This document shows positions 9,154 to 20,918 of a stretch of 64,000 nt of DNA, piece after piece (within the stretch, counting starts at the first letter, position 1; each line of letters opens with the position of its first letter). The stretch lies in assembly GCA_963700785.1 (NCBI GenBank), contig CAVOYZ010000010.1:14870-78869 (forward strand). Reading direction: 5' to 3'. The position numbers and the translations under genes are program-made. The notes beneath the pieces are model-generated. The model did no database searches. It was given only the letters and a program-made list of their open reading frames with translations, and had not been told where the DNA came from. This stretch comes from an uncultured Solirubrobacterales bacterium. GTDB lineage: Bacteria > Actinomycetota > Thermoleophilia > Solirubrobacterales > 70-9.

Positions 9154-9176
9154 CCAGCGACCCGGCCGGCGTCACC

Positions 9177-9941
9177 ATGTATCGCGGAACGATCACCCCG
9201 AAGACCCCTGAGCAGATCGAGAAGATGGCCGCCGCCGGCGCCGTGCTCTGCCGCTGTCACAAGATGCTGAAGAAGAGCGCCCGCCCCGGGGTCACCACCA
9301 AGCACCTCGACGAGATCGCGGAGAAGTTCATTCGCTCGCAGGATGCGACCCCCGCGTTCAAGGGCTACCGGGGCTTCCCGGGCTCGATCTGCGCCTCGCC
9401 GAACTCGATGGTCGTCCACGGGATTCCCGGCAGCTACGAGTTGAAGCGCGGTGACGTGCTCAGCGTCGACATCGGCGTGATCAAGGACGGCTGGGTCGCG
9501 GACGCCGCCCAGACCTACGGAATCGGCCCGATCGGCCCCCCGGCGGAGAAGCTGCTCGAGGTCACCCGGGCATCCCTGTTCGACGGGATCGCCGAGGCGC
9601 GGGCGGAGAACACGCTCGGCGACATCTCGCACGCGATCCAGGCGCGGGTCGAGTCCGAGGGCCTGCACGTGATCAAGAGCCTGGTGGGCCACGGCATCGG
9701 CACCGAGATGCACGAGGAGCCGCAGATCCCGAACTACGGCGAGCCCGGCACCGGCCCGACCCTGGTCGAGGGGATGACGCTGGCGATCGAGCCGATGGTC
9801 AACATCGGCACCGATCAGATCCGGGTCGGCGCCGATCACTGGGCCGTCTACTCGGCCGACGGATCGCTCGCGGCCCACTTCGAGTTCACGGTCGCCGTCG
9901 GCGCCGACGGCCCGCGGATCCTGACGCCCTGGCACGAATGA
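9177..9941 (+). CDS. map: Methionine aminopeptidase type I
   Basis: 254 aa, VVHGIPG...DIGV..DGW.ADAA...VGHGIG.EMHE...AIEPM pattern. Confidence 0.97.
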   Translation: MYRGTITPKTPEQIEKMAAAGAVLCRCHKMLKKSARPGVTTKHLDEIAEKFIRSQDATPAFKGYRGFPGSICASPNSMVVHGIPGSYELKRGDVLSVDIGVIKDGWVADAAQTYGIGPIGPPAEKLLEVTRASLFDGIAEARAENTLGDISHAIQARVESEGLHVIKSLVGHGIGTEMHEEPQIPNYGEPGTGPTLVEGMTLAIEPMVNIGTDQIRVGADHWAVYSADGSLAAHFEFTVAVGADGPRILTPWHE

Positions 9942-10111
9942 AACGCGACTCCCGGGCCGGCGCGGGCCGACTCCCGCCGGGTCGGGCTCGAACACGCGCA
10001 GGATCGACTAGTTGCTACCATTCCGGACTCGGCTCAAGGGCCGTCCCTGCCTGCCTGCTGTCCGATTCATGGGACGAGCGGGCCACCTAGTCAGATACGA
10101 GTTGGAGAGCG

Positions 10112-10225
10112 ATGAAGGTTCGCGCGTCCGTAAAACCCATGTGTGAGCGTTGCCAGGTGATCCGGCGGCGCGGCCGCGTGCTCGTGATCTGCTCGAATCC
10201 GCGACACAAGCAGCGGCAGGGCTAG
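10112..10225 (+). CDS. rpmJ: 50S ribosomal protein L36 (zinc-ribbon form)
   Basis: Not in the ORF track (37 aa). My translation: [37 protein letters not shown], preceded by ggagag. Confidence 0.9.
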   Translation: MKVRASVKPMCERCQVIRRRGRVLVICSNPRHKQRQG

Positions 10226-10227
10226 GC

Positions 10228-10611
10228 ATGGCACGGATCTCAGGCGTCAATCTGCCGCTCAACAAGCGGGTCGTTGTCGGCCTCACCTACGTCCACGGCG
10301 TCGGCCGGTCGAGCGCCGAGGACATCGTCGAGGTCTGCGGCGTCGATTCGGACACCAGGGTCGGCGACCTGACCGAGGAGGAGGTCGTCAAGCTCCGCGA
10401 CGCGGTCGAGCAGCACCAGGTCGAGGGCGACCTGCGGCGCGACCGCTCGCAGAACATCAAGCGACTGATGGAGATCGGCTCGTACCGCGGGCTTCGCCAC
10501 CGCCGTGGCCTTCCGGTTCGCGGCCAGCGGACGAAGACGAACGCGCGAACCCGCAAGGGCCCCAGCCGGATGAGCGTCGCCGGCAAGAAGCGGGCCCCGA
10601 CACCGAAGTAA
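10228..10611 (+). CDS. rpsM: 30S ribosomal protein S13
   Basis: [33 protein letters not shown]...[30 protein letters not shown] 10228 lies inside track ORF 10150-10611, 2 nt after the rpmJ stop. Confidence 0.95.
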   Translation: MARISGVNLPLNKRVVVGLTYVHGVGRSSAEDIVEVCGVDSDTRVGDLTEEEVVKLRDAVEQHQVEGDLRRDRSQNIKRLMEIGSYRGLRHRRGLPVRGQRTKTNARTRKGPSRMSVAGKKRAPTPK

Positions 10612-10637
10612 CGACGAGGATTCAGGAACTGACTTAG

Positions 10638-11036
10638 ATGCCGCAGCCGAAGAAGGGAAAGGGCCGGACCAAGCGCCGCACGAAGAAGAACGTGCCGTTC
10701 GGGCAGGCCCACATCAAGACGAGCTTCAACAACACGATCGTCACCCTGACCGATCCACAGGGGAACGTGGTCGCCTGGGAGTCGGCCGGTTCTGCCGGGT
10801 TCAAGGGGTCCCGCAAGTCGACCCCGTTCGCCGCCCAGGTGACCGCTGACAACGCCGCCCGCAAGGGTATGGAACACGGCCTCGAGCGGGTCGAGGTGCT
10901 CGCCAAGGGCGCCGGATCCGGCCGCGAGACGGCGATCCGCGCGCTGCAGGCGGCCGGCCTGCAGGTGACGACGGTGCGCGACGTCTCCCCGCAGGCACAC
11001 AACGGCTGCCGGCCGAAGAAGCGGCGCAGGGTCTAG
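10638..11036 (+). CDS. rpsK: 30S ribosomal protein S11
   Basis: 132 aa, [44 protein letters not shown]. Confidence 0.97.
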   Translation: MPQPKKGKGRTKRRTKKNVPFGQAHIKTSFNNTIVTLTDPQGNVVAWESAGSAGFKGSRKSTPFAAQVTADNAARKGMEHGLERVEVLAKGAGSGRETAIRALQAAGLQVTTVRDVSPQAHNGCRPKKRRRV

Positions 11037-11047
11037 GTGCACGGCTG

Positions 11048-11668
11048 ATGGCTCGCGATACCTCACCCCAGTGCAAGCAGTGCCGCCGGGAGGGACAGAA
11101 GCTGTTCCTCAAGGGCGAGCGCTGCATGACCGACAAGTGCGGCGTCGAGCGGCGCTCCTACCCGCCGGGCGAGCACGGCCGCGCCCGGATGCGGGCCTCC
11201 GAGTACCGCCAGCAGCTGCGCGAGAAGCAGAAGGCGCGCCGTTTCTACCAGGTGCTCGAGAAGCAGTTCCGCGGCTACTACGAGAAGGCCTCACGCCAGG
11301 ACGGCGTCACCGGCGAGAACCTGCTGCGGATGCTCGAGCGCCGACTCGACAACGTGCTCGTCAGGCTCGGCTTCGCCGCCTCCCGGCGCCAGGCGCGCCA
11401 GCTCGTCCGCCACGGTCACTGGCAGGTCAACGGCCGACGCGTGAACATCCCCAGCTACCAGATCAAGCCCGAGGACATCATCTCGATTCGGTCCGGCAGC
11501 TCGGCGGAGACGACCGTCAGGGTCGCCACCGAACTTATCTCCACCGTGCCCCCCTGGCTGCAGGCCGATCACGACGCGCTGACCGCGAAGGTCCTGCGCC
11601 TCCCCGAGAGGGACGAGATCGACTCGCCGGTGGAGGAGCAGCTCATCGTCGAGCTCTACTCCAAGTAG
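11048..11668 (+). CDS. rpsD: 30S ribosomal protein S4
   Basis: 206 aa, [18 protein letters not shown]...[10 protein letters not shown]...[26 protein letters not shown]. Confidence 0.97.
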   Translation: MARDTSPQCKQCRREGQKLFLKGERCMTDKCGVERRSYPPGEHGRARMRASEYRQQLREKQKARRFYQVLEKQFRGYYEKASRQDGVTGENLLRMLERRLDNVLVRLGFAASRRQARQLVRHGHWQVNGRRVNIPSYQIKPEDIISIRSGSSAETTVRVATELISTVPPWLQADHDALTAKVLRLPERDEIDSPVEEQLIVELYSK

Positions 11669-11701
11669 GGCCACCGAAAACCCGCCGACGGAAGGACGCC
11701 A

Positions 11702-12655
11702 ATGACCACCCTGCCCGAGTTCCAGGAACCCAGCATCAGCAGCGAAGACAGCGACGAGACGAAGGGATCGTTCGTGATCGAGCCCCTCGACAAGGGGTTC
11801 GGCTACACCTACGGCAACAGCCTGCGCCGCGTCCTGCTCTCCTCGCTCGGCGGCGCGGCGATCAAGTCCGTCCGGATCGAGGGCGTCGCCCACGAGTTCT
11901 CGAACATCGACGGCGTCAAGGAGGACGTGACCGACATCGTCCTCAACCTCAAGGACATCGTGATCCGGATGCACACCGACGCGGATGAGGTCGAGGTGCC
12001 GCTCGTGGCGACCGGCCCAGGCGAGGTCACCGCGGCGGACATCGACCTGCCCGCCGGCGTTGAGATCCTCAACCCCTCGGCGCCGATCGCGACGCTGGAG
12101 AAGAAGACCAAGCTCGAGATGTACCTCAGCGTCGGTCGTGGCCGCGGCTACTCGCCGGCCGAGGAGAACAAGAGCGAGGACCAGCCGATCGGCGTGATTC
12201 CGATCGACTCGATCTTCTCGCCGATCCGCCGCGCCTCCTACCGGGTCGATTCGGCCCGGGTCGGGCAGCGGACCGACTTCGACAAGCTGACGCTGGAGGT
12301 CGAGACCGACGGCTCGCTGGAGCCGGGATCCGCTCTCCGCGAGGCGGCCGAGTTGATGATCAAGAGCCTGGCGATCTTCACCGACGCCGACCGGCTCGAC
12401 GAGTTGACCCAAACCAACGGCTCGGGACCGGGCGAGGAGCTCGGCCTCAGCGAGGGCGATGACCGCCTGATCGAGGAGCTCGAGATCGGCGTCCGCGCCT
12501 ACAACTGCCTGAAGCGCGCCGGCGTGCAGACGATCGGGGACCTGACTTCGAAGTCGTTCTCCGAGCTGACCGCGATTCCGAACTTCGGCGAGCGGTCGAT
12601 CGAGGAGGTCGTCGAGGCGCTCTCCCAGCTGGGGCTCAGCCTCCGCGAGGAGTAG
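11702..12655 (+). CDS. rpoA: DNA-directed RNA polymerase alpha subunit
   Basis: 317 aa, FVIEPLDKGFGYTYGNSLRRVLLSSL...; C-terminal domain LEIGVRAYNCLKRAGVQTIGDL. Confidence 0.97.
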   Translation: MTTLPEFQEPSISSEDSDETKGSFVIEPLDKGFGYTYGNSLRRVLLSSLGGAAIKSVRIEGVAHEFSNIDGVKEDVTDIVLNLKDIVIRMHTDADEVEVPLVATGPGEVTAADIDLPAGVEILNPSAPIATLEKKTKLEMYLSVGRGRGYSPAEENKSEDQPIGVIPIDSIFSPIRRASYRVDSARVGQRTDFDKLTLEVETDGSLEPGSALREAAELMIKSLAIFTDADRLDELTQTNGSGPGEELGLSEGDDRLIEELEIGVRAYNCLKRAGVQTIGDLTSKSFSELTAIPNFGERSIEEVVEALSQLGLSLREE

Positions 12656-12660
12656 GCGCG

Positions 12661-13014
12661 ATGCGGCACCGCAGGAGCAGGCACAAGCTGAGCCGCGATG
12701 CGGCCCATCGCAAGGCGCTGCTGAGGAACCTCAGCAAGCAGCTGATCGAGCACGAGCGGATCAAGACCTCGCAGGCGAAGGCGAAGGCGGTCAAGCCCGA
12801 GGTCGAGAAGGTGATCACCCTCGCCAAGCGCGGCGACCTGCACGCCCGCCGGCAGCTGCTGGCGCGGTTCGGTCAGGACAAGTTCGTGGTCCACAAGCTG
12901 GTCGAGGAGATCGCGCCCCGATACTCCGAGCGCCCCGGCGGCTACACGCGGATCACGAAGCTCGGTCCGCGCCGCTCGGACTCGACCGAGATGGTGTTCC
13001 TCGAGCTGGTCTAG
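12661..13014 (+). CDS. rplQ: 50S ribosomal protein L17
   Basis: 117 aa, MRHRRSRHKLSRDAAHRKALLRNL...GGYTRITKLGPRRSDSTEMVFLELV. Confidence 0.95.
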   Translation: MRHRRSRHKLSRDAAHRKALLRNLSKQLIEHERIKTSQAKAKAVKPEVEKVITLAKRGDLHARRQLLARFGQDKFVVHKLVEEIAPRYSERPGGYTRITKLGPRRSDSTEMVFLELV

Positions 13015-13063
13015 TCCGCGGGCGCCTGAGCGCGGGCGATCAATCGGAGCATCGCCGTAACCC

Positions 13064-13804
13064 GTGGCCAGCTACCGGCTCGACATCAGCTACGACGGCA
13101 CCCGGTTCCGGGGCTGGGCGCGCCAGGACGGGCTGCGGACCGTCCAGGGTGAGATCGAGGCCGCTCTGGAGAAGCTCTTCTCCGCGCCGGTGCGGTTGAC
13201 CGTCGCCGGACGGACCGACGCCGGCGTGCACGCGACCGGACAGGTAGCGAGCTTCCATTCCCCGGAGGGCCGGCGGCCGCCCGAGCAGTTCCGCCGGGCG
13301 CTCAACGCCCTGACCGCCGATGATCTGGCGATCACCGAGGTGGGCGAGGTCGCCGCCGGCTTCGACGCGCGCCGCGACGCCGTCTCGCGCCGCTACGCCT
13401 ACCGGCTCTGGGTCGACCAGGTGCAGAGCCCGTTCGAGCGCCGCTACGCCGTCCACTGGCCCTTTCCGCTCGTGCGGGAGCCGCTCGAGCGGTGCGCGGC
13501 GATGCTGATCGGGAGCCACGACTTCACCGCCTTCACCCCGACCGAGACCGAGCACGTGCGCTTCGAGCGCAACGTGATCGAAGCGGCCTGGGAGGATGAG
13601 TGCGAGCGGGTCCTGCGGTTCGAGATCGAGGCCGACGCGTTCATGCGCAACATGGTCCGGGCGCTGGTCGGGACGATGCTCGAGGTCGGCGGCGGCCGTC
13701 GCGACCCCGCTGACTTCGAGCGCCTGCTCGAGGGCCGGCCGCGCCCGGAGGGGGGCGAGACGGCCCCCGCCCGCGGGCTGTCGCTGATCGCCGTGCGGTA
13801 CTGA
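13064..13804 (+). CDS. truA: tRNA pseudouridine(38-40) synthase
   Basis: 246 aa, YDGTRFRGWARQ...AGRTDAGVHATGQVASF; usual position after rplQ. GTG start assumed. Confidence 0.92.
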   Translation: MASYRLDISYDGTRFRGWARQDGLRTVQGEIEAALEKLFSAPVRLTVAGRTDAGVHATGQVASFHSPEGRRPPEQFRRALNALTADDLAITEVGEVAAGFDARRDAVSRRYAYRLWVDQVQSPFERRYAVHWPFPLVREPLERCAAMLIGSHDFTAFTPTETEHVRFERNVIEAAWEDECERVLRFEIEADAFMRNMVRALVGTMLEVGGGRRDPADFERLLEGRPRPEGGETAPARGLSLIAVRY

Positions 13805-13837
13805 TCCGACCTCGCCGAGCCGGTTGGCCCTGGCGAG

Positions 13838-13864
13838 TTAGGGATACCTAATACCTGCTATTCT
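13838..13864 (+). promoter_or_regulatory. AT-rich operator/promoter-like element upstream of the iron permease: inverted repeat TTAGG-gata-CCTAA (13838-13851), tandem ATACCTA/ATACCT, and TATTCT -10-like hexamer (13859-13864)
   Basis: Read directly; the only AT-rich patch in the 119-nt truA-permease spacer. Confidence 0.4.
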
Positions 13865-13923
13865 CGCGACCCCGCGGCCGCTTCGGCGCCGCGACCGATC
13901 AGCAGCAAGGTGGAGGCACAGGC

Positions 13924-14691
13924 TTGGGTTCATTCGTAATCACGCTTCGGGAGGGCTTTGAGGCCGCCCTGATCGTCGGTTTGATCATGGCGTACCTAAA
14001 GAAGACCGGGAACCTCGCCGCCCACGCGCGGACCGTCTGGACCGGCGTCGGGCTGGCGATCGGCTTCAGCGTGCTGCTCGGTGCGGTTCTGTTCATCTCG
14101 GTGGGCGAGCTGGAGGGCACCGCCGAGCAGTTCTACGAGGGCATCGCGATGATCGTCGCCGCCGTCGTCGTCACCTGGATGGTCTTCTGGATGCGCAAGC
14201 AGGCTGCAACGATCGGCTCGCATCTGCGCGAGCAGGTCGGTGCCTCGCTGCTGGCCGGCGGCGGGCTCGCGCTCGCCGCGGTCGCCTTCATCGGGGTCGC
14301 GCGCGAGGGCCTGGAGACCGCGCTGTTCCTGTTCGCCTCGGTCGGGGACGACGGGGTCCTGGTGACCGTGATCGGCGGTGCGCTGGGCTTCATCGTCGCG
14401 ATCGGCCTCGGTGTCGCCTTCTACCAGGGCGCGCTGCGTCTCGACCTGAAGCGCTTCTTCACCGTGACCGGGGTGCTGGTCATCGCCTTCGCCGCCTGGC
14501 TGCTCGCCGGCGCCGTGCATGAGATCGGCGAGGTGGCCGGCAGCGAGCTGCTCGAGGGGATCGGCCCGCTGGTCGGGGCGATCTACGGGATCGCGCTCGC
14601 CGCGATCTACCTGCGCGGGATCAAGGGGCCTCCAAGCCCGGCAGGAGCTTCCGACACGGAGGCGGCTGCCGAGGCAGGCTCCAGCGCCTGA
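13924..14691 (+). CDS. FTR1/EfeU-family high-affinity iron permease
   Basis: 255 aa polytopic protein with the two family signature motifs REGFE (aa 9-13) and REGLE. TTG start preceded by ggtggagg. Confidence 0.85.
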   Translation: MGSFVITLREGFEAALIVGLIMAYLKKTGNLAAHARTVWTGVGLAIGFSVLLGAVLFISVGELEGTAEQFYEGIAMIVAAVVVTWMVFWMRKQAATIGSHLREQVGASLLAGGGLALAAVAFIGVAREGLETALFLFASVGDDGVLVTVIGGALGFIVAIGLGVAFYQGALRLDLKRFFTVTGVLVIAFAAWLLAGAVHEIGEVAGSELLEGIGPLVGAIYGIALAAIYLRGIKGPPSPAGASDTEAAAEAGSSA

Positions 14692-14732
14692 TCGAACGCC
14701 GCTCGCCGGCGCGAGCCCGCGGTCCGCGTCCA

Positions 14733-14738
14733 TAGAAT
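14733..14738 (+). promoter_or_regulatory. -10-like hexamer TAGAAT 7 nt upstream of the surE ATG (leaderless-type arrangement)
   Basis: catagaatcgcggtaATG; no Shine-Dalgarno sequence between hexamer and start codon. Confidence 0.35.
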
Positions 14739-14745
14739 CGCGGTA

Positions 14746-17594
<2,849 letters not shown>

Positions 17595-17604
17595 GCGGCG
17601 CCTG

Positions 17605-17632
17605 TTGACAGAGGCACCGGTGGTGTTAGGGT
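17605..17632 (+). promoter_or_regulatory. Sigma-70-like promoter for the hyp operon: TTGACA (17605-17610), 16-nt spacer, TAGGGT (17627-17632)
   Basis: Perfect -35 hexamer and TAnnnT -10 in the 69-nt ligA-hypC spacer. agagagg RBS precedes ATG 17664. Confidence 0.5.
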
Positions 17633-17663
17633 CGATGGGAGTTGCCGACAAGAGAGGTCCCGG

Positions 17664-17942
17664 ATGTGCTTGGCGATACCGGGCCAGGTTCTCGAGATGG
17701 TCGACGAGGAGAACCGGCTCGCGAAGGTGGATGTGGCGGGTGTCCGCCGCAACGTCAACGTCGCCCTGCTCGACGCCGAGCCGGGCGGCGTCGCGGTCGG
17801 CGACTGGGTCTTGATTCACGTCGGCTTCGCGCTCTCGAAGGTCGATCAGGAGGAGGCCCTTGCGACGCTCGAGCTGCTCGAGGGCATGGGTGCCGCCTAC
17901 GAGGCCGAGCTGGACGAGCTCAAGGGCAGCGTGATCGAGTGA
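17664..17942 (+). CDS. hypC: Hydrogenase maturation chaperone HypC/HupF
   Basis: 92 aa beginning MCLAIPGQV (essential Cys2); ...GDWVLIHVGFAL. Confidence 0.9.
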   Translation: MCLAIPGQVLEMVDEENRLAKVDVAGVRRNVNVALLDAEPGGVAVGDWVLIHVGFALSKVDQEEALATLELLEGMGAAYEAELDELKGSVIE

Positions 17943-17991
17943 GGTCGCTGCGACGACGGGCGCGATCGGGAAGCCGGAGGGGGCGGCGCCG

Positions 17992-18228
17992 GTGAGCCGT
18001 TCGCTCGATGACCGCTGCATCACCTGCGGCGACGTGGCTACGCCTCGTGAGGTCGTTGCCGTCGACGAAGCCCGGTGTCTGGCTCTCTGCCGGGACGAAC
18101 GCGACCATCGGGAGACGGTCGAGATCGGGCTGGTGCTGCCGGTCGCGCCCGGCGACCGGCTCCTGGTGCACGCGGGCACCGCGCTCGGCCACGTCCCCTC
18201 CGGCTCCGGCGGAGATCGGGCCGGATGA
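17992..18228 (+). CDS. HypC-family-like protein, atypical (no Met-Cys start; internal CITCGD)
   Basis: 78 aa, MSRSLDDRCITCGDVATPREVVAVDE...VEIGLVLPVAPGDRLLVHAGTAL parallels the HypC fold pattern (...V.L.LV....GD.VLVH.G.A). GTG start; stop overlaps the hypD ATG. Confidence 0.6.
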   Translation: MSRSLDDRCITCGDVATPREVVAVDEARCLALCRDERDHRETVEIGLVLPVAPGDRLLVHAGTALGHVPSGSGGDRAG

Positions 18229-19343
18229 TGCGCTTCGTCGATGAGTTCCGTGATCCCGAGCTGGGACGGGCCTTGACCGCCGAGATCCTCGAGCGGGTCG
18301 ACCCCGACCGCGAGTACAAGCTGATGGAGGTCTGCGGCGGCCACACCCACTCGATCTACAAGTACGGCATCGATGACCTGCTGCCGGAGAACGTCGAGTT
18401 GGTGCACGGCCCCGGCTGCCCGGTTTGCGTGATCCCGATGGGGCGGGTCGATGACGGGATCGCGATCGCCCGCAACGAGGAGGTGATCTTCACCTGCTTC
18501 GGCGACATGATGCGGGTGCCGGGGTCCGAGCAGAGCTTCGCCGACGCCAAGGCCGAGGGCGCCGACATCCGCATGGTCTACTCACCGCTCGACGCGCTGC
18601 GGATCGCGACGTCCAACCCCGACCGCACCGTCGTCTTCTTCGCGATCGGCTTCGAGACGACCGCGCCGTCGACGGCGCTGACGCTGAAGCGGGCCAAGGC
18701 GGAGGGCGTGGACAACTTCCTCTGCGTCTGCAACCACGTGACGATCGTGCCGCCGCTGCGCGCTCTGCTCGACTCCCCCGACCTCCGCCTCGACGGCTTC
18801 ATCGGACCGGGGCACGTCTCGACCGTCGTCGGCGTCCGCCCGTTCGAGTTCATCCCCGACCGGTACGGCAAGCCGCTGGTCACCTGCGGCTTCGAGCCGC
18901 TCGACATCCTTCAGGGAATCCGGATGATCCTCGCCCAGCTCGAGCAGGGTCGCTGCGAGGTCGAGAACCAGTACAGCCGGGTGGTCCCCTACGACGGGAA
19001 TCCGGCCGCGCTCGCCGTGCTGGCCGAGGTGTTCGAGCTGCGACCGCACTTCGAGTGGCGCGGCCTCGGCTTCATCAGCCAGAGCGCGCTGAAGCTCTCC
19101 GACGCGTACGCGGACTTCGATGCCGAACAGCGGTACGCGACGCCCGGCGTCCGCGTGGCTGACCCGAAGGCCTGCCAATGCGGCGAGGTGCTGAAGGGCG
19201 TGATCAAGCCCTGGGAGTGCAAGGTGTTCGGGACCGCCTGCACGCCCGAGCACGCGATCGGCACCTGCATGGTCTCGCCCGAGGGAGCCTGCGCCGCCTA
19301 CTACAACTACGGCCGCTACAGGCGTGAGCGCGAGGTGGTCTGA
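18225..19343 (+). CDS. hypD: Hydrogenase maturation protein HypD
   Basis: MMRFVDEFRDPE...MEVCGGHTHSIYKYG...HGPGCPVCV...GFETTAPS...; the upstream part of track ORF 18075-19343 is Arg/Pro-rich noise. Confidence 0.95.
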   Translation: MMRFVDEFRDPELGRALTAEILERVDPDREYKLMEVCGGHTHSIYKYGIDDLLPENVELVHGPGCPVCVIPMGRVDDGIAIARNEEVIFTCFGDMMRVPGSEQSFADAKAEGADIRMVYSPLDALRIATSNPDRTVVFFAIGFETTAPSTALTLKRAKAEGVDNFLCVCNHVTIVPPLRALLDSPDLRLDGFIGPGHVSTVVGVRPFEFIPDRYGKPLVTCGFEPLDILQGIRMILAQLEQGRCEVENQYSRVVPYDGNPAALAVLAEVFELRPHFEWRGLGFISQSALKLSDAYADFDAEQRYATPGVRVADPKACQCGEVLKGVIKPWECKVFGTACTPEHAIGTCMVSPEGACAAYYNYGRYRREREVV

Positions 19344-20449
19344 TGGCGGCTCGGAGCGACGCATCGCTGAGCGACCGCGAGCAACGGATTCTCGAGATCA
19401 TCGAGACCACGCGCGCCAAGCGCCCGAGGCTGAAGGGCGAGCGCGTGAACATGGCGCACGGGGCCGGCGGCAAGGCCACCCAGACGCTGATCGAGGGGCT
19501 GCTCGTCCCCGCTTTCGACCCACGGGCGTCCGGGCTCGCCGAGCTTGGCGACGCAGGGGTCGTGACGATCGCGGGCTCGGGGATCGCAATCACGACCGAC
19601 AGCTTCGTCGTCAAGCCGATCCGCTTTCCGGGCGGCTCGATCGGAGAGCTGGCGGTGAACGGCACGGTCAACGATCTCGCCGTTGCGGGGGCCCGGCCGG
19701 CGGCGATCAGCGTCGCGATGATCCTCGAGGAAGGGCTGCCGTTCGACGTCCTCGGGGAGGAGGTCGAGGCGGTCGCCCTGGCCGCGAACGAGGCGGGCGT
19801 CGAGATCGTCGCCGGCGATACCAAGGTGGTCGAGCGGGGGCACGCCGACGGGCTCTACATCACGACCACCGGGGTAGGTCTCGTCGATCCCCGGGCAGCG
19901 CTGAGCCCGGCCGCGATCAGGCCGGGCGATCAGGTGCTCGTCAGCGGTCCGATCGGCGAGCACGGCACCGCGATCATGCTCGCCCGCGACGAGTTTCAGC
20001 TCGACGCCGAGATCGAGTCCGACACGCAACCGCTCTGGGCGGCGGCTGACGCGCTGCTCGAGGCGACCGGAGCCGACCTGCGCTGCATGCGCGACGCGAC
20101 CCGCGGGGGCGTGGCGACGGTTCTCAACGAGCTCGCCCGGGCGAGCGGCGTCGCGATCGTCGCCAGGGAGAGCGATGTTCCGGTCAGCCCCGCGGTCGCG
20201 GGCGCCGCGGAGATCCTCGGGATCGATCCGATGTACGTCGCCAACGAGGGCCGCCTGGTCGCGTTCGTCGCGCCGGAGTCCGCCGACGCGGCACTCGAGG
20301 CTCTGCGATCGGTCCCGGGCTCGGAGCGCAGCGCCTCGATCGGCGAGGTGCGCAGCGAGCCGCCCGGCATGGTCCTGGTCGACACCGCCTTCGGCGGCAC
20401 CCGCGTCATGGACCTGCTGGCGGGCGATCCGCTGCCGAGGATCTGCTGA
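19343..20449 (+). CDS. hypE: Hydrogenase maturation protein HypE (carbamoyl dehydratase)
   Basis: 368 aa, NMAHGAGGKATQ..., AIR-synthase-like fold pattern, C-terminal PLPRIC motif. ATG overlaps the hypD stop; about 30 extra N-terminal residues relative to the HGxGG start I expect. Confidence 0.95.
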   Translation: MAARSDASLSDREQRILEIIETTRAKRPRLKGERVNMAHGAGGKATQTLIEGLLVPAFDPRASGLAELGDAGVVTIAGSGIAITTDSFVVKPIRFPGGSIGELAVNGTVNDLAVAGARPAAISVAMILEEGLPFDVLGEEVEAVALAANEAGVEIVAGDTKVVERGHADGLYITTTGVGLVDPRAALSPAAIRPGDQVLVSGPIGEHGTAIMLARDEFQLDAEIESDTQPLWAAADALLEATGADLRCMRDATRGGVATVLNELARASGVAIVARESDVPVSPAVAGAAEILGIDPMYVANEGRLVAFVAPESADAALEALRSVPGSERSASIGEVRSEPPGMVLVDTAFGGTRVMDLLAGDPLPRIC

Positions 20450-20473
20450 TCATGGTCACCGCGGTTGACGCCC

Positions 20474-20911
20474 ATGCATGAGCTCTCGGTCTCTTCGGCG
20501 ATCGTCGAGACGGTGATCCGTCACGCAGAAGGCCGGCGGGTCAACACGGTCCACCTGCAGGTCGGCACGCTGCGCCAGGTCGTTCCCGAGTCGCTCGACT
20601 TCTACTTCGCCGTCGCCAGCCGCGACACGCTCTGCGAGGGGGCGGAGCTGGACGTGGATCTGGTCGATGCGCTGATGCGCTGCAGGCAGTGCGGATGCGA
20701 GTGGGACCCGGCCCCAGAGCCGCTGCACTCCGGTGATCCCGCGGCGGCGCTGCCACGGTTCCGGTGCCCGGCCTGCGAGTCGGCGGGAGCCGAGGTGCTC
20801 GCCGGAAACGACCTGCTGATCGACTCGATCGACGTCGAGACCCAACCCGCCGTCGCCGGCAACGGCAGCTCCAACGGCCGCGATCCGCGCGATCTGCTGA
20901 AGGGCAGGTAG
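20474..20911 (+). CDS. hypA: Hydrogenase nickel-insertion protein HypA
   Basis: Begins MHELSV (the N-terminal MHE nickel motif requires ATG 20474, not the TTG at 20465). Zinc site CRQCG...CPACES. Confidence 0.9.
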   Translation: MHELSVSSAIVETVIRHAEGRRVNTVHLQVGTLRQVVPESLDFYFAVASRDTLCEGAELDVDLVDALMRCRQCGCEWDPAPEPLHSGDPAAALPRFRCPACESAGAEVLAGNDLLIDSIDVETQPAVAGNGSSNGRDPRDLLKGR

Positions 20912-20918
20912 CTGCAGC

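Noticed and set aside
9942-10111. Degenerate infA remnant between map and rpmJ.
   Set aside because: The spacer is too short (170 nt), and none of the frames I read gives IF-1-like sequence (no ..VELENGH.. or ..GRI.YR..).
13838-13851. Canonical IdeR/DtxR iron box upstream of the FTR1 permease.
   Set aside because: Only the outer TTAGG/CCTAA pentamers match, and they are 4 nt apart instead of 9 (about 10/19 matches in the best register). Kept only as a generic operator candidate.
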